A stretch of DNA of 64,000 nucleotides, from assembly GCA_965178125.1 (NCBI GenBank), contig OZ237768.1:1-64000 (forward strand), in the 5' to 3' direction. A model generated the notes under the pieces. It was not told the origin of the DNA, searched no databases, and was given only the letters and a program-made list of their open reading frames with translations. Position numbers and translations under genes: made by a program. The number at the start of each line of letters is the position of its first letter. Positions within the stretch are counted from its first letter, which is position 1. The stretch is from Bilabrum cf. latius. Its lineage: Eukaryota. This document shows positions 52,676 through 61,972 of the stretch, piece after piece.

Positions 52676-54084
52676 TCACACCTACGCTCCGCCTGCCAGC
52701 TTGCGCAGCAGCCCCAGCGCCTCCTCGAGCGCCTTGCCCTGCCTCGCCTGCTCCTCCCGGAGCCCCCTCACCTCCCCTTGCAGCGTCTAAACAGCCGCGC
52801 TCACCTCCGCTAGCACCGCCACCTGCGCCTCCCTCGCGCTGCTGCTCGCGGACCTCCGCCGCTCTCCTCCACCCCTCCGCACCCGCTTCTCCCCCGCCCC
52901 TTTACCCCCCGCACCACCCATGGGATCAGCGCCCTCCCCATCGATGGTCTCCAGGGCCTGCGCCATGGCCCGCGCCGCCTCGGCCGCGCGACTGCCGGGC
53001 GGAGAGGGGGACAAGGAGGGCATCCCCCCGAGGCCTGCACCCCCGCCTGGGTCCACCCGACCCATGCCCAATCCACCCGTGGACTGCCGCCCCCTGCCTG
53101 ACGGGGAGCCACTCTGCCCCCTGCCCGCCCCCGACAGCCGCCTCCCACCGAACTCAGGCCGCCTGCCCCCAGCCCCGCCCCCGCCAAAGCCATCCGGCCC
53201 GCCCCCGCCAGCCTCAGGGGACAGACCGACGGCTCCATCCAGGCTGGGCAGCGGGCTGGCGTGGGTGCCCGTGCCGGGGCTGGATCCGGATCCCTGGCTA
53301 GGCCCACCTCCGCCTCCACTTAGCGAGCCACCGGCAGTTCCGAAGCCCCCCGTGCGGCCCATCGCCCCTTGCCCTTGCCTGCGGCCCGCGGGTTCTGCCG
53401 ATCGAGGGCCTCTGCGGTGCACATCGGCGGCAGACGCTGGCCGGCGAGCTTGGGGCGTGGATATCTTGCTCGTGGCTCCCGGCCCCTTGAGGATCGCACC
53501 CCCTCCGCCTATGCCGCCGCGGGGCCGGGCACCATCGGTGACGCGCTTTGCCGGGGCCTCTGCCTTGCAACTCTTCAGGTGAATAGCTAGTCGGTCCGGC
53601 AGGAACGTGCGCCCGCAATTGGGGCAAGACTCGAGCTGCTTGTCGTTGAACTCGCGGAAGGCAGCGTCGTTCGCTGCTCTGAGCTGAGCGTCGGTCATGC
53701 CGGAAATGCCCCCCGCTCCAGTTGGTCCACCCTTCATGCCAACACCGGCCGCAGAAGCAGAAGCAGGCCTCTGCGGCGTCACAGCACCGCCGTCCTCTCC
53801 TCCGCCGGGTCCACCCAGGTAGGCCGGTCTCGCCGGAAGCTTTTTGCGCTTGCCCCGAGGCAGCTACGATTGCTCCGAGAGAAACTTCTTTTCGCAACTC
53901 TTGAGATGGATCATAATGCTAGCGGTACCTGCGAAGATCATGCGATGTATGACAGGTAGCGCACGCTCCGGCCGTAGGTGGTGGTCGGTCGCTGTCTGGA
54001 ACGGTATCTTGGGTCAATCTGTTTATTCTCACCGTACTGCCGACCACAGAGGTGACAAATGACAGCTCGAGGCATTTTGCCCAT
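52676..54084 (-). CDS. C2HC-type zinc finger protein (ZNF474-like), about 434 aa, 3 in-frame TAG
   Basis: Exon 1 54033-54084 (MGKMPRAVICHLCGRQY-G), intron 53929-54032, then TASIMIHLKSCEKKFLSEQS*LPRGKRKKLP. Second finger CPNCGRTFLPDRLAIHLKSC. A C-terminal coiled coil continues through TAG 52787 to TGA 52676. Confidence 0.85.
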
Positions 54085-54283
54085 CTAAAACCCCGCCATC
54101 GTGTCGCCGTTTCGGGAGGCTCGCCTTGTGTAGATTCTTTCGTCGGGTTTCCGTTTTCGCCTCGATTTGCAGTACAGTGCGATGATTTATAAAACCGGAA
54201 CAACATGATATCAAATTGCAAGCCATTCGTTTGGCACAGATTTGCTCCTGATAAACAGTATTCAACGATTTGAGCGAAGTAAA

Positions 54284-56914
54284 ATGAGTTCAGTTAGTGG
54301 ATAGTCTTCCGATGATCACATCAAAACATTCCCTGTGTCAAGTGCAGCGCGGCCTGACGCAACTGTTCGGCTCCGGGCCGCGCTGCACTTCAACAGCTCA
54401 GATTGGCAGGCGTGTGCATCTTTGGATACCAAAGAAGGGACTACTGTTGAGGTCGAAGATGCATGGGCTTCGTTTCAGGTGCCTTTGCTCCATCACGATA
54501 TTGCACCGGGGCTTCCCTGCCCTACTTCTGATATATCTGAGAACGACGTGAAGCTTAGGTTTGAGAACAAATTGATTGAGATAACTGCCAGAGTAGTGCG
54601 CTGTAAACTAAATGCTGTCCGGCCTGCTCGAATACCCATGGTTTCCAGCGCCAGTGCTGGCGGTATTGACGAACAAGACCAGAACGACCATGCATTTGTT
54701 GTACCGTTTCGGCGTCCCTGGCTCATTTATCTCGCCGGGGGCCCCGGAGCGGCGGTCTCTCATCGATCGCCCAGTATGGAGTACATGGCTCGACTGCTGC
54801 GGGCGGGCTACGTTGTAGTGCTGCTGGACCAGCGGGGCACGGGCGAGTCCACTCCTGTGCAAGCAGAGCGCCCGCCGCCCAATGCAGGTACCAGAGACAC
54901 CGAGTCTAAGGGTGGTTGCAACCTCTCCCGACTGTGTGGCTCGGTCTCTCCCGGCTGGCAGGCTGCCTACCTCTCCCTCCACCGGCAGGACTCGATCGCG
55001 AGGGACGCCGAGGTGCTGCGGCAGCTCTTGCTGGGGGCCGAGTGGAGCGCGGGTGGGCATGACAAGAGCGTGGAAAGGGGCAAGGGATAGGTCGAGGCGG
55101 GTGCTGTCGATCCATCCCACGCGCCTTCAGCTGCATCGTCCCGGTCCAGGTCTACCCCTGAAGAGACCTGTCGCCTAGCTGTCCAAGGGGCCCTGCAGGC
55201 AGCGGCCAGAAGGGGGGCGCCGGCGACTGCTTCGGATAGCTGGACGGCGATGGGGCAATCGTTCGGAGGGTTCATTGCCTTGGAATGGATGAGTCGGTTC
55301 CCACGCTGCCTGGCCGGAGTCATGCTCACTGGCGGGCTGCCGGGTCTCGAGGCATGGCCGGAAGACGTGTACAGGCACACTGGGCGGGGCATGATGGAGA
55401 TGTCCAGGCTATTTGCCAGGAAATACCCCGAAGAAGCGCGAGTTATGCAAAAGGTGTGGCAGCTGCTTCTACCGAGGGCGGGAGCAGCCAGCGGTGGAAG
55501 CAGCGCTCGCCCGGGGGTGCTGCTGCGGTTCAACATGCCCGATGCACCCGGTCCGAGCTTGCCACACAGTGCGAAAAGGAGGAGGATGAAGGCCGCCACA
55601 GGAAGTGCGGTGAAGCCGGAGAAGGCTGCAACCACCGGTAGTCCCTCCGCAGCTGGCGAGGCATTGGTCCCTCCCACCCGCCCCCCCACGTTTCACCCAT
55701 CACCCAGATCGGAACAAGCTTGCATTCGGCTAAGTGCACGCATGGTACGGGTGCTGGGCTGCAACATGTGTTCCGGCAAGCTGAACAAGATGCAGCAGCT
55801 GGGGTAGAAAGCCCTCTTCGCAGCGGTGCTGGCCAGCACCCAGGCTCGAGTTGAGGCCAGCGCGGCAGGGGACATGATCGACCAGAGACGCATCTTGTTT
55901 GACTGGGTGCGTGACCATTACGGTGGCGAGGCACTTCTGGAGATGCAGGCCGCCGTACAGCGCGCGATTGAACAGAGGGGTGCAGAGGAGGTGCGTGCCA
56001 GCGAGGGACTAGGCATCATGTCTCTGGACCTTCTGGAGGCGAGCGTGCCCTTCCAGCTGCAGGCGGACAAGGACATTTCATGGACCCGCCCGCTCTACAC
56101 TCTGCTACAAGAAGCCATTTACATGCACGGGGGTCCTGGGCGGGCCTCCAACAGAGCCGCTGAGCGCACGCTGAAGGAGCTGAGCCCAGCCTATGCCGAG
56201 GCAGACGCCGCGGAGAGGGGCGAGGTGCCGGCCGGGGAACAGCACGGATAGGTGGCAGCCGAGGGGAGCCAGGCTGCACCCACCCGGGCGTTTGCCTGCC
56301 TGGGCCCGGGAGATGCAGCAGGGGATGCACCCCGCTCTGCAGCATCAGGAGGAGTGACTGACGCAGCCTCCGCCAGGGCAGCGGCTGGCCTGGTGCCACA
56401 CGTGGGGCCCGCCCTGCCCTTCTTCGGGGAACATGCCACGTCCGGTCTGTGCCAGGATATCCCTTTCCTGCGCCCCCTGGCCCGGGTCGACGCCATGCTG
56501 CACGCCAAGGACGACTGGCCCGCCCTCTACGACCAGGAGGGGCTGGCACGGTGCACCGCCCCCGTGGTTGCGCAGGTCTTCAGAAAGGACAGGTTCGTGC
56601 CCTACGAGCTCTCCATCGAGACCGCTAGCAAGATCCCGCGGTGCAAGGTGGTGGAGGACACAGTCAACGGACACTTTGGTCTGTTCTCTGACCCGAGCGT
56701 GCTGCCCGGTATGCTCGAGCACCTGTGGGACATGCAGGGGATGGTGGCACCGGCAGAGGTACCTGGTACGAGCGGTGAGCGAGTGGCGCTTGCAGCCGGC
56801 GGGAGCTTGGTAAGGCCGGTCGTCAGTGTTGTGGCCAGCGCCGACGGGAAATCCTCGCAGGCTGGGGCTGCAGCTGAATCTAGTGAGAAAAGCAGCAAGT
56901 GTGCAAGCAGCTGA
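54284..56914 (+). CDS. Proline iminopeptidase-like alpha/beta hydrolase (peptidase S33), about 876 aa, 4 in-frame TAG
   Basis: ATG 54284 to TGA 56914; TAG at 54302, 55088, 55805, 56249. Motifs FQVPLLH, YLAGGPG, LLDQRGTGESTP, DSIARDAEVLR, GQSFGG (Ser), PLYTLLQEAIY, DWPALYD, DRFVP (Asp), NGHFGL (His). The catalytic triad is spread across TAG-separated fragments. Confidence 0.9.
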
Positions 56915-57095
56915 GATGAGGCACGAATTATTGCTCGAATCAAACCATTGTTGAGTGAATGTGGACTCCGCTGGATCCTGTGGATCTCGTGCCGGCCCGG
57001 TGGGTATTGAATCTGATGGTATTGGATCCTGCTCCATCCGGGATAGTGGCATCCATTCGGATAATCTGATATTCTAAATGCCAGATCCGGATAAA

Positions 57096-60000
57096 TCAAA
57101 GCGTGGTCGGCATGCCCTTCACTGCCACCGTCTGGCTCTGCGACGCCCCACCCAGCGTCCAGTGCACCCGCAGCCGGATCTGCAACCCCTTGCCCTGCCC
57201 GCGCTTGGGGTTGATCAGCGTCACCGGGAGCCTCATCTCATTCGTCGCGCCGGACGGGTCGATGCTGCTCCCCGACGGCGTGCCCAGCCGCTGCTTCATG
57301 TACTTGGGCACGGCCGACTCGATCCGCACGCCCGTGGCCTGCCCCTTGCCCGCGCCCGCTGGCGTCAGTCGTGCCACCACCACCACGTCGGTCTCCGGCG
57401 GATCTTCACGCACTGCCACGAACTCAACGGACACAGTAAGATCGCCTCCTGGCACGGCGGATGAGATGGGAGACGGCAGTGGCGGGCCGCTCGGTGTCTC
57501 CGCGGCGCCTCCCCCGAAGAGGTCTTCTTCATCATCCTCTCCTGCGCCTGCTGCTGGTGCAGGGGCGGGCGCACTCGCAGTAGCACCCCCGTTGGGGGCG
57601 GCACCTGCACCGCCACTCCCCCCGCCCAGCATCGCCAGCAGGTCATCGTCGTCTCCGTCACCTCCACCTGCTCCAGCACCGCCCGCCGCCGCTATCGCGC
57701 CCGTTGTGACACCCGCAGCAGCACCCCCGTGCGATGCACCCCTCGAGGCTGACTCCGTGCCCATGGCCAGCAGATCGTCATCGTCGCTGAGTTCCTCCTC
57801 CCCGGCGCCCGCAGCACCGTGCAATGCACCCACCCCCGCCACCGCCACCGCGCCTCCCTCCCCCTCCCCTTCCTCACCGCCCGCCTCATGCAGCACCCCG
57901 GCCCCGATCGCTGCCGCTGCTGCCACAGCGTGCCTGTCTTCCACCAGCACGGGCATGCGCTCGAACAGCCCCAGGGCGTCGTCCTCTGACAGAGCGGGGG
58001 CCAGCGCCGATTGCAGCTCCGAGTCCCCCGTCCAGGCCTCCTCGGCGTCCTCCTCCTTGCCCGGGCCACCGGCGCCGCCCGCCGCAGAGCCAGCGGCAGC
58101 CGCCGCCCGCTCCCCCACCAGCTGCCATGCGACCGCTGACAGCTCCACGCTGCGGGCCTGCAACTCGGAATCGGAACTCCGGGCCAGCGACCGCAGCCCG
58201 CGAAGGAGAGCCACGGCTGCCTTCGGACCGGTGGCTGGGTAACCGCGCGGCGCCTGTTCCGCCAGTTCCTTCGAGGGGTCCCCCTCCTCCCGGTCGGCAA
58301 GCGGACCAGCCGCCACGCGTCGCTCCGCATCCGCTGCGGCCGCCGCCCCCGGTCCCCTGAAGCCCTGCACGCCGGCCTCTGCAAACCTAGCCGCCAGCTT
58401 GCCCAGCGCCACCAGGGTCATGGCCTTGGTCACCCGGCCCGATGCGTGGTGCTCCAGCAGGGAACACAGCGCGGATGCCACCTCCAGAGGAGACCGTCTC
58501 TTGCCCAGCGGCCCCCTGGGAATCACGGTCGGGTCCGCCCTCCCGTCCCCGTCTCCTGCACCCAAGGCCCCACCGGGGCTGACCTGCTGCTGCCCGCCCT
58601 TGGACAGCGGCGGGGGAGGCAGCAGCAGGTCAGCCCCGAGCTCGCCCACGGTCCATGCCGCCACAGCGAGCATGGGCGCCTGCACGTCTGTTGAGTCCGT
58701 GGCCTCGAGCAGCATGGCGAAGACCTTGTGCGCGATGCTGCGGCGGGCCAGCGCGCCCCGTGTGACGAGTGGCCCCCGGCCCTCGCCCTCCTCTTCCTCC
58801 TCGTCGTCGTCCTCGTCCAGCGCCCCGATGAGGTGCACCAGCCTCGAGATGACGGGCGGCCTCGCGTGCGCCCCCGCCACCGAGAGCACCATGAGCAGGC
58901 AGTCAGCCTCCCAGCGAGGGGTGGGCGCGTACCGCCGTGCCACCAGCGCGATCTTCTCCACGAGCGGGCCCCTTTCCTCCGCGCTGGCCACCACCAGGTA
59001 GTTCACCAGCTCCCCCGCGACCTCTCCGATCGACTCCGAGTCTGCCAGCGCCACCACGAGGTCGAGGGCGCGCCGGCGGAGAGACACGTCCGCGTCCCGC
59101 AGGCAGTCCACGATCACTGCACGGTGCCGCCGAACTGCGTCCATGTCTGCGCGAGGAGGTGGGAGAGGCGCGGGTGAGTGCAAAAAGGGAGGGTAAGCGC
59201 TGGCAGTTGGTGAGACCGGAAGGAGGGGCGAGAGACGCGTGAGCCAAGTCGTAGGCCAGCCGTGTTGGGGCCAGAAAGCAAAGGAAAGCATGGGGCCTCG
59301 GAGCAGAAACCCTTGTTCTCTCACCGGTGTCCACGACCCTGCAGAGGGCTTGCAGCGCCACGTACCGGATGTTGTGGTCTCTATGCAGGAGGAACTTGCC
59401 CAGTATGTTCACGGAGAGCACCCTCAGCCCGCCCTCCGAGTCGGTCCGCAGGATGGTCTGCACGGCCTCGTAGAGCACCGCGTGGCCTGCGTTGCGGGAG
59501 GTGTCTGTCTTGGTGGCAACGCGCGCCAGCACGTCATTAAGGCAGTCCGTGGCCTGGATGGCGCGGGCCAGTTCTTTATCAGTGACTCCCTTGCGCTTCT
59601 TGCCCTTGCTCCCCTCCTCGTCCTCGTCGGAGTCGTCATCGCCCTCGCCCTCGCCCTCATCGTCCACGGTGCCTCCCGCGGCTCTGGCCTGCTGCATGGC
59701 CGCCGCTGCCCCCAGTCTCCTGCACAGTGATAGGATGCGGCACTGCAGGAATGGGTCTGTCACTCCCCCGATCACGTAGTCCCTCGCGAAGGTCGCTCCG
59801 ATTAGCTTGCCCAGCACACGTGTGAGCAGCGGCACAAGTCGCACCAGCTTGCCCGGCAGGTGCGACTGCTTGGCCTGCGTCATCATCTCCTCCAGCGCGG
59901 TCGTGGCCCCCAGCAGCACGCTGTGCGAACGTTCGGGAAGGTTCGCCACGAGCTTCGGCACGAGGTCGCCCACCAGGTCGGGACACTTGAGCGCGATGCG

Positions 60001-60621
60001 AACAGTGGCATGGGCCGCTTTCTTGCGCTGGTAGGCGCCTCCTGCCTGCAGGTGGGTCAGCACGTCGGGAGCCACGGCCCTGCACAGCTCCTCTGATCCC
60101 AGGTTGGCAGTGGTGGAGAGAGCGAGGGCGTTCCGGTGCGGGTCCGGAGACCTGAGGTCCTGCTGCACGGTGTTGATGACGAGCGTCATGACCTCGGCGC
60201 CCTCGGTGAGCAGCAGCATCAGTGCCAAGTAACCAGCCTGCGGAAGATGGGGCGTGGGGGAATGGAAGAGACGTCAAATACGTTCGGTGCGCTGCCTGGC
60301 GGCGAGATTCGTGGTTGGGCACGATGCATAGGCACGGGTTCGTGCGTCGGGGCCTGTGCTCACGCGCTTCTCGTGGTAGGCTCGCCTCGCAATCAAACGC
60401 ACGCATGCCATCTGACCCCAGTGGGTGGGGTACCCGAGCATGTGAAGGAAAAGGAGCTTCAGCACGTCCTGCTCGAGCGAGGACGCGGACGAGGACGGCG
60501 CGTGCTCCTTCAGAGACGTACGCATCAGGGCACTCTCTCTTGTAAGGCAAGCCCTTTCCTCAGCAGCAGTTTTGCATGATCGAACAGACCGGATCAGGTC
60601 GTGCAGCTTCGCGCTTGACAT
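57096..60621 (-). CDS. AP1G1: AP-1 complex subunit gamma (gamma-adaptin), about 1073 aa, 3 exons, no in-frame TAG
   Basis: KLHDLIRSVRSCKTAAEER, KLLFLHMLGYPTHWGQM, EKR|AGYLALMLLL, GVTDPFLQ, NAGHAVLYE, GLRVLSVNILGKFL, NIRYVAL, DCLRDADVSLRRRALDL, ELQARSVE, ERMP and a C-terminal ear (AVPKYM). Introns 60238-60363 and 59147-59324 restore the frame. Ends TGA. Confidence 0.96.
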
Positions 60622-61972
60622 GGTGACGGCCTCGGGGTGTCGACAAGTGTTGCGGAGTACCGCAAGCCTGCAAGTTTAAAGAACGTCCGTGCGCTGCGAG
60701 GAGGGACAAGCAAACGTGCGCTGCGATTCAAGGCTGACCAATTTCATCGCTGATTCCGTTCATGCACCCTTGCCACGACCGAGCGACCTAGCGACCATGG
60801 ATGCTGACAGCATCTGCACCAGCAGCAGGCAAGAATCCTATACAATTAATGCCACTTCTAAGCATGCAATGCTATAGCGCGAGCCCAACCGAGCCACGAG
60901 CTAGCAAGCTCGTGCTTGTGACAAGCGTGGCTTGACACAGCAACTGCGCAGGGTGGAGCGTCTATCAATTACAAGAGACATGCTGCGAATACATCTCACC
61001 TATTAAGATATGTGCTACAAGTAGCTTTGTCCCTAACTAGCCACGTACAAATGAGTTATCAACGTTTTCCTGGACTTGCTGGGGCGCTGTCCGAGTGATG
61101 CTTCATCTTTATTATTGTGCATTAAGAAACGAACTAGTACTATAGTTCGCCCTTCGGGGGTTTTGAATTCGAACCTTTCTGCCCCGCGGGGCCCCATCCG
61201 GAGCCCTCGGACTATCTTTGTCTATCTAAGTAGAATCGTTTGCCGCTGGCTGTTTCTAAATCGAGGTTTCAGGCATCGAGCACGAAGCGAAAATCATGAC
61301 GCCGACGGCCACCTCCAGCAAATCTTTCGGGCCACAGACACATTGAGAGCATATCTCAAAAATTTGCTAGTACAAAAGTTCCTAATTGCAAAATGAGGAA
61401 GAAATCTGGAGTCCTTAATTCAGTACATGTACTAGGGAAAAAGCCTTTACGATTCTCGCGCCCGGAAAATCTGTGTGGCTGCAGGCTGATCCGATCAAGG
61501 TACCACCAGTCATCTTGACTGAATCAAACTCACTTCTGTCTTTTAGTATGATAGTATCGCGCGTGTATGCTCCGCGACTTCTTTTGCGCATAAGTAATGC
61601 CCTTCGTTGAGCGAGTCGCGCACTTATAGCTGCGAAGTGGCACCGGAATTCAAGCAGTGTGTGCGCGCTCACATCCAACAAGCACTCGCACTCCACTCGT
61701 AAGATACCCTAACATCGGCAACAGGTAAATGGTTCAAGCATGCATAATCTGTGACCATATTATCGTAACTCGGGGATCAATTTTGCAGTAGCTGTCTGTA
61801 TAAGCACTGCCTGAAGCAATTTCTAATATGTTGGTACATGTAAGTATTGGTAAGACATCAGCTTGCGTGACACCGACCTAGAAGCACGTATCGACAATTT
61901 AAGACAAGTTTTACGATGTATGGTCCACGCAGAGCAGGCAGTGAGCCCGGACTGGGGAAAACACCCGGATTC

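Noticed and set aside
4687-56914. Interpreting the TAG-broken genes as pseudogenes or sequencing errors
   Set aside because: The breaks are exclusively TAG and in frame across 12 unrelated genes, with catalytic motifs intact. Decay or error would also give TAA/TGA and frameshifts.
61160-61250. tRNA (possible CUA suppressor) suggested by GGTTCGAAT on the minus strand
   Set aside because: The T-stem does not pair and no cloverleaf or anticodon arm can be built. I found no tRNA in this window.
60689-61696. Short ORFs in the region between AP-1 gamma and the satellite
   Set aside because: They have no ATG-led, domain-like content or coding-like composition, and I could not assemble them into a gene even with TAG read as sense.
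61706-61713. Isolated ACCCTAAC (also CCCTAAC near 61031) as a telomerase RNA template or interstitial telomere
   Set aside because: Matches of 7-8 nt are expected by chance, and no supporting structure is identifiable.
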